Position numbers and translations under genes: made by a program. 64,000 nucleotides of DNA from Deltaproteobacteria bacterium UBA2409 (lineage in GTDB: Bacteria; Bdellovibrionota_C; UBA2361; DDRT01), in NCBI GenBank assembly GCA_002343185.1, contig DDRT01000020.1:196776-260775 (forward strand). The letters are read 5' to 3'. Under the pieces are notes generated by a model. The model saw only the letters and a program-made list of their open reading frames with translations. It ran no database searches and was not told where the DNA came from. Below, piece by piece: positions 19,586-29,130 of this stretch; within the stretch, counting starts at the first letter, position 1; each line of letters begins with the position of its first letter.

Positions 19586-21383
19586 ACCCCAGGTAAATCT
19601 TTCATTACGATCCCAGTGGACAAGAATTGTAATTGGACTTGTATTTTCAGTATTTATAGTAAGACTTTGGTATCTACAAATTCTTAAAGGGCAATATTAT
19701 CGAGAGCAATCTGAAAATAATAGGTTGCAAACCGTTTTTGTTCCACCTTCACGGGGGATCATTACAGACAGAAACGGTACAGTACTAGCAAACACCAGGC
19801 CTTCGTTTAATATCGAGTTAGTACCGGAAGCTACATCTGATGTTAAAGGAACAGTTACAAAACTAGCACACTATCTTGAGATGGAATCTGAGCCTCTATT
19901 GGAGAGAATTGCTCACTTGCCAAGGAGAAGACGGTATGAGCCCAGAGTTATTTTAAAAGATGCTACTAGAGAGCAGGTAGCTAAAGTCTTAGTAAGAAGA
20001 CCAGAGTTACCTGGGTTAACAGTTTCAGCTCTTCCAGCTCGGCAGTATCCATTTGGAGATACCGCTTCTCACGTATTAGGTTATGTTAGAGAAATTTCTC
20101 GTGAGCAGCTTGATAGGGCAGAATATCGCACCTACAGAATGGGAGATATTGTAGGTCAATTTGGACTTGAAGGTCTTCTTGAAAAGTACCTACAAGGTAA
20201 AAGAGGAATTAGAAGGGTAATTGTTAATGCTGTCGGTACTAAAATTGGAGAAGCATCCAGTGAATTAGAAGTTGCAGGACACACGGTTAATACAACCATC
20301 GATATTAATGTTCAAAGAGCTGCAGAAGAGGCACTAGGAGATAAAAGTGGCGCGGTGGTAGCGCTTGATCCAAACACAGGGGAAGTCTTAGCGCTAGTTT
20401 CAAAGCCAGGATTTGACCCAAATGTGTTTGTTGGAGAGATGCCTTCAGCACTTTGGAAGGAACTATCATCCGGTGAGTCTAAGCCTCTTCAAAATCGAGC
20501 TGTTCAGGGAGCATATGCCCCTGGATCTGTTTATAAAATATTTATGCAGTACGCAGGGCTTGCTGAAGGAGTTATAGGACTCAACGATGGGCCAACCTGT
20601 AAAGGAGGCTATGGATTTGCTGGTAGAACTTACAACTGTCATAAGCGAGATGGACACGGCCCGGTCGATCTTTATTCAAGTCTTGTGGTTTCTTGCGATG
20701 TTTATTTCTATGTTCTTGGCCAAAGACTTGGAGTAGATCGTATTTATGAGTATGCATCCCTATTTGGGCTTGGAAAAAAGACTGGGCTACAGCTTGTTGA
20801 TGAAAGTCCTGGACTTATTCCATCTTCAGCCTGGAAGCTTTCTAGGTTTAAGGAGAAATGGTACCCAGGTGAGACTTTGAGTATTGCCATCGGACAGGGG
20901 GCAAATCTTACCACTCCAATTCAGATTGCAAACGCAGTCGCTGCTTTGGTTAATGGAGGAAAACTTTATCGTCCATACCTAGTTAAAAAAATCGTATCTG
21001 TCGATGGTGCATTTAGTGATGATGATTTTTTACCTGAGGTGATAAGCGAATTAAATCTTGAAGAGAAAGCCGTTACCGCTATTCGGCGAGCAATGGTTGG
21101 AGTAGTTGAAGACGAAAAAGGAACTGGGAAGCGAGCGAGCTTAAATGAATTTGGAATAACAGTAGGTGGCAAGACCGGTACTGCCCAAGTTGTATCTTTA
21201 ACTCATCATAAAAAGGGAACCAAACTTGATCACCATGCATGGTTTGTCGGATATGCTCCGGCAGAAGATCCAAAGATAGTTGTAGCTGCCCTAGTTGAGC
21301 ATGGGGGCGGAGGGGGAGCAAATGCAGCACCAGTAGTTAAAAATACCATGGCTGCTTTTTTTGGATTAGAGTTGGATGAATAA
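19575..21383 (+). CDS. mrdA: Penicillin-binding protein 2 (elongasome transpeptidase)
   Basis: N-terminal TM plus PBP dimerisation domain. Transpeptidase motifs SVYK (SxxK), SCD (SxN-like) and KTGTA (KTG). Confidence 0.85.
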   Translation: MLDKPQVNLSLRSQWTRIVIGLVFSVFIVRLWYLQILKGQYYREQSENNRLQTVFVPPSRGIITDRNGTVLANTRPSFNIELVPEATSDVKGTVTKLAHYLEMESEPLLERIAHLPRRRRYEPRVILKDATREQVAKVLVRRPELPGLTVSALPARQYPFGDTASHVLGYVREISREQLDRAEYRTYRMGDIVGQFGLEGLLEKYLQGKRGIRRVIVNAVGTKIGEASSELEVAGHTVNTTIDINVQRAAEEALGDKSGAVVALDPNTGEVLALVSKPGFDPNVFVGEMPSALWKELSSGESKPLQNRAVQGAYAPGSVYKIFMQYAGLAEGVIGLNDGPTCKGGYGFAGRTYNCHKRDGHGPVDLYSSLVVSCDVYFYVLGQRLGVDRIYEYASLFGLGKKTGLQLVDESPGLIPSSAWKLSRFKEKWYPGETLSIAIGQGANLTTPIQIANAVAALVNGGKLYRPYLVKKIVSVDGAFSDDDFLPEVISELNLEEKAVTAIRRAMVGVVEDEKGTGKRASLNEFGITVGGKTGTAQVVSLTHHKKGTKLDHHAWFVGYAPAEDPKIVVAALVEHGGGGGANAAPVVKNTMAAFFGLELDE

Positions 21384-22506
21384 ACGATATTCACAGATTA
21401 TTGATTGGGGGCTTGTTGGACTTTCAGTATTAATCCCATCTCTTGGATTAATAGTTTTATACAGTGCCGGATATGATCCTGATAGAAGTAATCCTCTTTC
21501 AGAATATGTTAAGATCGACAGTTTTGTTTTTATAAAACAGTTAGTTTTCATTCTTGGCGGACTCGTAATAATGATCGCTGCAGCATTTATCCGAAGTGAA
21601 TGGCTTTCAAGACTTTCCTATCCATTTTATTGGATCTGTCTAGGCCTACTATTATGGGTTGAGCTATTTGGGGTGACAGTAAATGGCTCGCAGAGATGGA
21701 TTAATCTAGGGTTTATTAATCTACAACCTGCTGAGTTAGTTAAGTTAGCTGTAATTCTCACCCTTGCAAAATATCTGGCTAAACATCCACCACCAAGGGA
21801 TGGATATGGATTTAAGGGGTTATTAGTTCCACTTGCTATTCTTTTAGCACCAGTTGGTTTTATTTTGACTCAACCAGATCTAGGAAGTGCACTTTCAGTT
21901 TTAGGTGTTGCTGCATTGATGATTCTATTTATGGGAGTTCGTTTTAAGACGATAGCCATAACCGTATTTCTACTTACAATCTCAGCGATACCTATCTGGG
22001 AATATGGACTACATGCCTATCAAAAAAGAAGAATTATGGTTTTGGTTAATCCAGGAATGGATCCTAAAGGAAGTGGATGGCACATAATTCAATCTAAAAT
22101 AGCTGTTGGCTCTGGTTCATTTTCTGGAGTTGGATTTATGCAAGGTACACAGACTCAGCTTGAATTTTTACCTGAACATACAACTGATTTTATATTCTCG
22201 GTTTTAGCTGAAGAGTGGGGGTTTATAGGATGCTCTTTACTGCTGTCCTTATATTTAATTTTTCTATTTCGAATTCTAAAAATTGCTCAAAAAGCAAAGG
22301 ATCTTTTTGGTACTATGCTTGTTATTGGGGTAGGAGCAAAGTTTTTTTTCCATGTAACAGTTAATGTTGGAATGGTTCTTGGATTATTACCAGTTGTAGG
22401 GATACCACTCCCACTTTTTAGTTACGGTGGAAGCTCTATTGTGGCCTCCATGTTTGGGTTAGGACTTATACTAGGGCAGGTGATTAGACGAAGAAGTTAT
22501 CCTTAG
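21376..22506 (+). CDS. rodA: Peptidoglycan glycosyltransferase RodA (SEDS family)
   Basis: Multi-TM protein with SEDS hallmarks (QPAELVKLAVIL, LPEHTTDFIFSVLAEEWGF, GIPLPLFSYGGSS). Confidence 0.85.
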   Translation: MNKRYSQIIDWGLVGLSVLIPSLGLIVLYSAGYDPDRSNPLSEYVKIDSFVFIKQLVFILGGLVIMIAAAFIRSEWLSRLSYPFYWICLGLLLWVELFGVTVNGSQRWINLGFINLQPAELVKLAVILTLAKYLAKHPPPRDGYGFKGLLVPLAILLAPVGFILTQPDLGSALSVLGVAALMILFMGVRFKTIAITVFLLTISAIPIWEYGLHAYQKRRIMVLVNPGMDPKGSGWHIIQSKIAVGSGSFSGVGFMQGTQTQLEFLPEHTTDFIFSVLAEEWGFIGCSLLLSLYLIFLFRILKIAQKAKDLFGTMLVIGVGAKFFFHVTVNVGMVLGLLPVVGIPLPLFSYGGSSIVASMFGLGLILGQVIRRRSYP

Positions 22507-22507
22507 C

Positions 22508-23539
22508 ATGCTGAAAACACTCTCGGTACTAGTTTTAGCTTTAAGTTCTCTAGCAATAGATCTTAAGGATACTAGTAGTGGGTTACCTACCTCAGGACAG
22601 TGGAGAAATGGATTTTCTCTAGTTGATTATGACTCTGATGGTAGATTTGATATCATTCACAGCGCACCAAGGGAAAACCCAGGCTCCTTAATCCTATACT
22701 CAAGAAATCATAAAAATGAATGGAAGCCTCGTATATTGTACCGATCAGAAAAAATTAAATATGGTGATGTTTCAGTAGGCGACCTGAATTCAGATGGAAT
22801 AAAGGACTTTGCACTAGGAATCCATCTGGCTGGTATACTGTTTCTGTACTCGAGCAAAGATGGAATATTAAAGGAATCTGAGCTAATTAAATTTCCCTCA
22901 AGAACTATAAGGATAACTGATCTAAATCAAGATGGGAAAAATGATGTAGTAGCACTCTCCGAGGGTATGAAGTTGGGTTCTGGGCTGCTTGTATTACTAA
23001 ATCAGAATGGATGGAAAGAGCAGACCTATTTTCATGGAAGTTTTGGAGATGATTTCGAAGTAGCGGATCTTGATAATGACGGATTTCTTGAAATAGTCAT
23101 CGCTGCTCGCTCTGAAAGTGATTTTATTCAAATATTAAGAAAAACTTCGGAAACCAAAGTCCCTCTTCCTGCTCGTTCTATAGTTTGGAATGTGGAGGTA
23201 GGAGAACTCAGTAAGAATATTTATGTTAGCATAAGCAATTTTTCCAACAACAATTGGAACTCATCGGTAGTTAATTTATCAACTAATGAGGTGTTGCTTA
23301 CTAATAGTGGTAGAAAAAAATTTGGGGATCTTGAATCAGTTGTAATTAACGGTAAAGAGCATTTAGTAGTTCTAGGAACAGATAATATTTTTCTGGATGG
23401 AGCCTCAAAAATAAATCTGGATTCGAGGTATGAAGGTTACAGTCTAAGGCATTTCAAAGAGTCGGAAGTTACTTATATTGTTGCTAATTTTGCATCCGAA
23501 AATGGCGGTTCAATCAAAGTCTGGGAAATCTTGCCCTAG
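22508..23539 (+). CDS. Secreted FG-GAP repeat protein
   Basis: Signal peptide. Repeated DxDxDG-type motifs: DYDSDGRFDII, DLNSDGIKDFALG, DLNQDGKNDVVAL, DLDNDGFLEIVIAA. Confidence 0.6.
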   Translation: MLKTLSVLVLALSSLAIDLKDTSSGLPTSGQWRNGFSLVDYDSDGRFDIIHSAPRENPGSLILYSRNHKNEWKPRILYRSEKIKYGDVSVGDLNSDGIKDFALGIHLAGILFLYSSKDGILKESELIKFPSRTIRITDLNQDGKNDVVALSEGMKLGSGLLVLLNQNGWKEQTYFHGSFGDDFEVADLDNDGFLEIVIAARSESDFIQILRKTSETKVPLPARSIVWNVEVGELSKNIYVSISNFSNNNWNSSVVNLSTNEVLLTNSGRKKFGDLESVVINGKEHLVVLGTDNIFLDGASKINLDSRYEGYSLRHFKESEVTYIVANFASENGGSIKVWEILP

Positions 23540-23590
23540 AGTTTTGTTTTGAAAAGCTGATTTTGTTAGAGTTCGGGCAGAGGTGCCAAT

Positions 23591-24811
23591 ATGAGGATAG
23601 TTCTAATAATCGGAATACTGATTAATCTGGCAAGGGCAGAAATGTGTGCAATCGACCCATCTCCTGCTGCAACGTTACTTGCTCCATACTTCTCAGTTGA
23701 TACAGCTTACTGCAATAGTGATGTTGGCGAAGGAACGATTATATATCTTACAAATGCGCAAGCAAGCGCTACCATTGCCCATGTAACTCTTTGGACTGAC
23801 TTTAGCGTTCCAACATATTCATTCGATCTGTCTCTTACTGGATTCGATGTACAACAGATTGATTTAAAGAGTTTGATATGTTTCGGTAAGGTGACAAGCA
23901 ATTCAAGTCCAATCGTATCACCCGCAGTTATTGATCACTTCAAATCATGGCATAAAGGAGAGATATCCACGCTTTCGGGTAACTGCGCTGGCTCATCGAG
24001 AAATAATGAATTAGCAATCGGATATGTAACGATCGATAATATGATCGACTTTGCAGGTGCTGCTCTAAATCCGTCGAGTGGAGCAAGCTATTTCAGTAAG
24101 ACTAGTGTTGTGAATCAGCTGCTAGCTCATGTTTATCATCTAACATATGAGACAGTTGATGAATTAATTGTAAAGCCATTAGAGTTGGATATTCCTCCCC
24201 TTCAAAAATGTAAGAAAAAAAACACAGAGAAAAAGAGGATCGCTTGTAAGGCTCGTAATAAAGCCATAAAGCAGCTAACCCCACTGTTAACAAATCATAT
24301 TTCTGTTGAGTCTAATCAGGTTATAAAATCACGAGGTCTAAAGGGATATCAGACAGTTTCTATTAACGCCGATCCTAGTTTTAATTCCAGCAGTTCCCCA
24401 TCTGGTGCCACATTTTATGGTCGATATGTTGCGAACGGAGCAGATCATAGGGAGCCTCTACCTTCGGAGTTTAGTGTTCAGTATGGTAATTCAGATTTGG
24501 ATTTAATAATTTGGAGAGAAGGGACACCATCTGCCTCCCCCGTTAATTGTGGCTCAATTCCGGCAGGGTACCCTTTAACTCAGAATAGTGTTTTTGCATT
24601 CGACGAGCAAGAAAATCCTGCTCAGATTTTCCCCTTAATTCCCTTTGAAACACAAGTCTTAGATGGCTTCTCTGATGCCCTTCCATTCTCTAGTGGTTGG
24701 GTTTGGTTTGACTTAAATAAGGGTTCGGCTAAGAAACAGGCATGGATAGTTAAACGATATGATGGAGCCTATCATGCTGCAGGAACATATGACTCATGCG
24801 ATGCTCCCTAA
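23591..24811 (+). CDS. Secreted hypothetical protein
   Basis: Signal peptide MRIVLIIGILINLARA. 406 aa. Lys-rich central patch (KCKKKNTEKKRIACKARNK). No family recognised. Confidence 0.45.
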   Translation: MRIVLIIGILINLARAEMCAIDPSPAATLLAPYFSVDTAYCNSDVGEGTIIYLTNAQASATIAHVTLWTDFSVPTYSFDLSLTGFDVQQIDLKSLICFGKVTSNSSPIVSPAVIDHFKSWHKGEISTLSGNCAGSSRNNELAIGYVTIDNMIDFAGAALNPSSGASYFSKTSVVNQLLAHVYHLTYETVDELIVKPLELDIPPLQKCKKKNTEKKRIACKARNKAIKQLTPLLTNHISVESNQVIKSRGLKGYQTVSINADPSFNSSSSPSGATFYGRYVANGADHREPLPSEFSVQYGNSDLDLIIWREGTPSASPVNCGSIPAGYPLTQNSVFAFDEQENPAQIFPLIPFETQVLDGFSDALPFSSGWVWFDLNKGSAKKQAWIVKRYDGAYHAAGTYDSCDAP

Positions 24812-24850
24812 TTTGATTAGCAATTGAGACTTAAGTAGTCTAGCCTTTAA

Positions 24851-25183
24851 ATGAGAGTACCAAGTGATATAAGAGACCAGCTCTTTGAAATTTACGGTTC
24901 AGGAGGGGATCTAACACAATTTAAGTCTGAACCTGAAAGTCTTATTAGGCTTCTTAAAGATACAGCTCAATGCGAAATAGAAGCACTAGATCAGATAATT
25001 CATGCGCTTAAAGCTGGTGAATTAAAATCGAGCAGATCAGAAAGAAGAAATTTCTATGCTAATAGAAAGGCCTTGGAATTTTTTGAAAAATATTTAAATT
25101 CCTTAGAAGGCTCAGATGCAGCTACAGTTGCTAGAGCAATCCGGCCGATAAAACATATTGGTTTTTTTAACGAAACTTTTTAG
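24851..25183 (+). CDS. Hypothetical protein
   Basis: 110-aa ORF with consistent coding bias. No motif. Confidence 0.35.
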   Translation: MRVPSDIRDQLFEIYGSGGDLTQFKSEPESLIRLLKDTAQCEIEALDQIIHALKAGELKSSRSERRNFYANRKALEFFEKYLNSLEGSDAATVARAIRPIKHIGFFNETF

Positions 25184-25198
25184 TAAAAATTTAATTAC

Positions 25199-25377
25199 TT
25201 GGGGGTCGGGCCGGGAGGCCTGACCAGACAGGGACTAGACTGGCCAGGCCTCCCGGCCTGACTCCCAAGAATTTTCAGCTGTCGGCTTTCTGCAAACAGC
25301 TTTCAGCTCACTGATAGACGGAGAACGGAGAGACGGAGAACGGAGAGACGGAGAACAGATAGACGGGGAACAGCTCC
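25199..25377. repeat. Composite element: double REP palindrome, linker, and four copies of a 15-nt tandem repeat
   Basis: ttgggggtcgggccgggaggcctgaccagaca...ggcctcccggcctgactcccaag. Then ttttcagctgtcggctttctgcaaac. Then gacggagaacggaga x3 and a degenerate copy. The same architecture recurs at 37965-38075. Confidence 0.7.
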
Positions 25378-25689
25378 CTAATCACATCCACATTTCGTAC
25401 TACATTTTTTGGCTGGAGTAGTTTCGGTTGGTTTTGTTTCAGTCTTTTTCTCAGTTGATTTTTCTGGCTTAGAAGTACCATATCCATCTTTATACCAGCC
25501 CCCGCCTTTTAGAATAAAGTTACCACCATTAATAAGTCTTTCAACCTTACAGGGGGTGTCTCTTTTCCCACATTGAGGGCAGTCTTTTCCATCACTACAA
25601 AACGGGCATATTTTTAAGGGAGCATCTGATATTTTTTGCTCATATTCAAACACTTTACCGCATTCACACTGATACTCGTAAGTTGGCAT
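25378..25689 (-). CDS. FmdB-family zinc-ribbon protein with a Lys/Thr/Glu-rich tail ending in a Cys cluster
   Basis: MPTYEYQCECGKVFEYEQKISDAPLKICPFC....CPQCG matches the CxxC...CxxC FmdB ribbon. Followed by GGGWYKDGY and a tail ending KKCSTKCGCD. Start chosen at the internal Met before PTYEY. Confidence 0.65.
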   Translation of the reverse strand: MPTYEYQCECGKVFEYEQKISDAPLKICPFCSDGKDCPQCGKRDTPCKVERLINGGNFILKGGGWYKDGYGTSKPEKSTEKKTETKPTETTPAKKCSTKCGCD

Positions 25690-25765
25690 GGATATACAAA
25701 TAATCATTAAAACCAATAGTTTCAAGGGGGTGTGTTTTGGTGAGGCTTTTTTGGTATACTAGCGC

Positions 25766-27256
25766 ATGGCTCAGATACTAGACGACATATCAAGAACTTT
25801 TGGTGAATTTCTTTTAGTTCCAGGTCTCACTAAAAAAGAACATATTCCCGCAAATGTTTCACTTAAAGTACCGATCTCAAGAAACGGGAAAATTAACCTT
25901 AATATCCCATTTGTATCAGCAGCAATGCAGGCAGTATCAGGAACTGAGCTTGCAATTGCGTTAGCAAGAAAAGGTGGAAGCGCATTTATCTATTGCTCAC
26001 AAGGAATAGAAGAGCAGGCTAGGATGGTTAAGACTGTAAAAGAGCATAAAGCAGGATTTGTCGAATCAGATTCAAATCTTTCACCTCAAGATACTCTGGC
26101 TGATGCAGTAGCACTAAGAAAAAAAACCGGACACTCAACTATAGCAATTACCGAAGGTGGAGACACTCATTCAAAACTTTTAGGAATATTAACCTCAAAA
26201 GATTTTTGGGAATTTAAAGATGATCTCTCAAGATCAATAAAAGATTTTTATACCCCTTTAGATAGATTAGTTTTTGCTAAAGAAGGAGTAACACTTCAGG
26301 AAGCAACCGAGATTCTTTGGAAGAATAAAAAAGAATGTCTCCCAGTGGTTGATACTCAAGGAAACTTAAAATACCTAGTTTTTAGAAAAGACTATTTCGA
26401 TCATAAGTCAAATCCTGATGAATTAACTGATGATAAAAAGAGGCTATTTGTAGGGGCTGCATTAAATACATTTGACTATAAAGAGCGAGTTGAGGCACTG
26501 GTAGCTGCTGGAGTTGATAGTGTCTGCTTTGACTCATCCGATGGGTATTCTGAGTGGCAGGCAGAAGCCATACAGTACGTTAAAAAGAAGTACAAAGACT
26601 CTTTAGTTGTAGGAGCTGGTAACATAGTTACTAAGGAAGGGTTTCTTTACTTAGCAGAGGCTGGCGCTGATTTCGTGAAAGTTGGAATTGGTGGAGGCTC
26701 TATCTGTATTACAAGAGAACAAAAAGGAATAGGACGTGGTCAGGCATCAGCTGTTCAAGAAGTTGCTGTAGCACGAGATGAGTACGCTAAGAAAACAAAA
26801 TCATATGTTCCTATCTGCTCAGATGGTGGGCTAAATATGGATACCCAAGTGATTGTCGCATTAGCACTTGGAGCTGACTTTGTGATGATGGGTAAATATT
26901 TTGCACAGTGCGCAGAAAGCCCTACAGATAAGATCCGTTATAATGGAAGACTTTATAAACCATACTGGGGTGAAGGGTCACTTAGAGCCAGAAACTGGCA
27001 GCGATACAGAAACTCGGATAGACCAGAGCTATTTTTTGAAGAAGGCGTTGATGCTTATGTGCCTTACAGCGGGCCTTTGGCAGAAAAAGTGGATACAACT
27101 GTAGCAAAAATTAAAGCTACTCTCTGTAATGTTGGAGCTTTGAATGTAAAAGAGTTCCATGAAAAAGCTGTCTTAACTAGAGTTTCTGAATTAACTCTTG
27201 TTGAAGGTGGAACATCTACAGTTGAAAGGCTAGAACGAGTAGTATCGGTAGAGTGA
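25766..27256 (+). CDS. guaB: IMP dehydrogenase (with CBS pair)
   Basis: TIM-barrel motifs VKVGIGGGSICITRE and CSDGGL. About 496 aa with an inserted CBS region. Confidence 0.8.
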   Translation: MAQILDDISRTFGEFLLVPGLTKKEHIPANVSLKVPISRNGKINLNIPFVSAAMQAVSGTELAIALARKGGSAFIYCSQGIEEQARMVKTVKEHKAGFVESDSNLSPQDTLADAVALRKKTGHSTIAITEGGDTHSKLLGILTSKDFWEFKDDLSRSIKDFYTPLDRLVFAKEGVTLQEATEILWKNKKECLPVVDTQGNLKYLVFRKDYFDHKSNPDELTDDKKRLFVGAALNTFDYKERVEALVAAGVDSVCFDSSDGYSEWQAEAIQYVKKKYKDSLVVGAGNIVTKEGFLYLAEAGADFVKVGIGGGSICITREQKGIGRGQASAVQEVAVARDEYAKKTKSYVPICSDGGLNMDTQVIVALALGADFVMMGKYFAQCAESPTDKIRYNGRLYKPYWGEGSLRARNWQRYRNSDRPELFFEEGVDAYVPYSGPLAEKVDTTVAKIKATLCNVGALNVKEFHEKAVLTRVSELTLVEGGTSTVERLERVVSVE

Positions 27257-27636
27257 TGATTTGGAGTAGTCCAAAATTTTTAGAGCTTTGTTATCAGCTA
27301 AAAAAAACTACCCTTGATTTTGTAATTTCTCCTGGAGCAAGAGTAGCAAGGGGGTATGCTGATGTTGGATTTGAGGAGTTTTGTGTTTTAAAGAACAACA
27401 AAATGGTCTCTATTCATACTGGTGATATTTTTGACCTTGAACTTGAGCATGTATTTGTTGTTCCAACTGTAGAAGAGCTACTTAAAGCACTACCAAAAGA
27501 GTTCGAGATATCGGTTAATTCAACAGGTATTATCATTAATAATAGAGAGTATGATTCATTTGAGATAGGACTAGTGAGGGAACTCCTTTTGTTTTTTAAT
27601 GTAAAATCTCCTACGCCAAGGATTGTTGCTGTATAA
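27253..27636 (+). CDS. Hypothetical protein
   Basis: 127-aa ORF overlapping both guaB stop and maf start (operon-like). No motif. Confidence 0.35.
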   Translation: MMIWSSPKFLELCYQLKKTTLDFVISPGARVARGYADVGFEEFCVLKNNKMVSIHTGDIFDLELEHVFVVPTVEELLKALPKEFEISVNSTGIIINNREYDSFEIGLVRELLLFFNVKSPTPRIVAV

Positions 27637-28205
27637 TGTGGGTAACTAAGTCGAAATTAATTCTTGCTTCTGCTTCACCAAGAAGGAGAGATCTTTTAAC
27701 GGAGATAAAAGTACCTTTTGAAGTAAAAGTTGCTGATGTTGATGAGACACCATTAGAGCATGAAGATCCTTCAATGATGGTAAAAAGGCTTAGTGCTAAA
27801 AAAGCATTAAGTGTTAAGGGTTCTTGGGTTCTTGGAGCTGACACCACAGTCGTTCTTAATGGTGAAAATTTAGGAAAACCTGAAAGTAGAGACGATGCAT
27901 TTAATAAACTAAAAGCTCTTCAAGGATCCTGGCACATAGTTTTAGGTGGAGTTGCACTTGTTCATAATGGTGAGCTAGTCGAAAATACTGTGATTGAAAG
28001 TTCTGTTAAGATGGTTTCTATCTCGGATGAGATCATAAAAAGATATATAGAAACAAAAGAGCCTATGGATAAGGCTGGAGCCTATGCAATTCAGGGGATT
28101 GGTTCGCAGTTTATTGAGGAGATTAAAGGTTCTTATTCAAATGTTGTAGGGTTAGATATTTCATGGGTAGTAAAGACTTTACTGAAACATCAAATAATAT
28201 CTTAA
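27636..28205 (+). CDS. maf: Maf-family nucleoside triphosphate pyrophosphatase
   Basis: LILASASPRRRDLL N-terminus and Maf-length 189 aa. AYAIQG motif. Confidence 0.8.
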   Translation: MWVTKSKLILASASPRRRDLLTEIKVPFEVKVADVDETPLEHEDPSMMVKRLSAKKALSVKGSWVLGADTTVVLNGENLGKPESRDDAFNKLKALQGSWHIVLGGVALVHNGELVENTVIESSVKMVSISDEIIKRYIETKEPMDKAGAYAIQGIGSQFIEEIKGSYSNVVGLDISWVVKTLLKHQIIS

Positions 28206-28813
28206 GGGAAAATTTTGAGAGAATAATTCCTACTTTAAAAGGTGTTACTCTGTTGCCTGTCACAAAAACTGTGGATACTTCAAAAATTATTGCTGCAAAA
28301 AATATTCTAGAAAGTTTCGGGCTTCCTGTAATTTTTGGAGAAAACTACGCTCAGGAGCTACTTAAAAAAAGGGAAGAAATTGATGGCGCCAAGTTTCATT
28401 TTATTGGAGCACTTCAGAGTAATAAGATAAAAAGTTTAATTGAGGCAGGAGCGTTTATTCAATCTATCGCTTCAGAAAAGCATCTTCAAATTGCTAGAAA
28501 AATAAATAAAGAACTGGATCTATTTTTACAGGTAAATGTTAGTGCTGATCCAAGAAAATCAGGGGTTAGTATTGATGAGGCTAAGAGACTTTTAAGTTTA
28601 GATTTCGCTCCAGTTAGAATCACAGGGCTAATGACAATTTTAGAAGAGACGGAAGACATAAATAAAATCAGAGCAGATTACAAAAAACTTGCAATCTTAG
28701 GGGAGGGAAGACTCGAGCTAAGTATGGGAATGTCTAATGACTACAAGATTGCAATCGAGGAAGGAGCAACAATGGTTAGGCTTGGCAGTGTGCTTTTTGG
28801 TGATAGGGGATAG
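28163..28813 (+). CDS. yggS: YggS-family pyridoxal-phosphate homeostasis protein
   Basis: LLPVTKT (PLP lysine), HFIGALQSNK and C-terminal LSMGMSNDY motifs. Confidence 0.8.
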   Translation: MGSKDFTETSNNILRENFERIIPTLKGVTLLPVTKTVDTSKIIAAKNILESFGLPVIFGENYAQELLKKREEIDGAKFHFIGALQSNKIKSLIEAGAFIQSIASEKHLQIARKINKELDLFLQVNVSADPRKSGVSIDEAKRLLSLDFAPVRITGLMTILEETEDINKIRADYKKLAILGEGRLELSMGMSNDYKIAIEEGATMVRLGSVLFGDRG

Positions 28814-28854
28814 GTGTATTTCCTCGCATATTGATGAGATCCTTAGATTTTAAA

Positions 28855-29128
28855 GGTAAATCTTTGTGTTCTCTGTGGTTCAATTATATATGCTTAGAAT
28901 CTGAAAGAGTCATTTCAAGGACATCGATAAGTGTTTCTGTAGTTTCAACGTTCTTTAATTAACCACGAAGACCACTAAGAACACTAAGAGACAGGTTCCT
29001 TCTCCGTGGTCTTTGTGTTCTCTGTGGTTCAAAATAAAATGCTTAGAATCTGAAAGGGTCATTTCAAGGTCATCGATAAGTGTTTCTGTAGCTTCAGCGT
29101 TCTTTAATTAACCACGAAGAACACAGAT
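28855..29128 (+). repeat. Tandem (about 1.8 copies) MITE-like repeat abutting the flagellin stop codon
   Basis: Unit of about 150 nt, delimited by ttaattaaccacgaag, repeated head-to-tail (28857-28966 partial, 28956-29125 full). A third inverted copy lies at 3055-3215. Confidence 0.75.
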
Positions 29129-29130
29129 GC

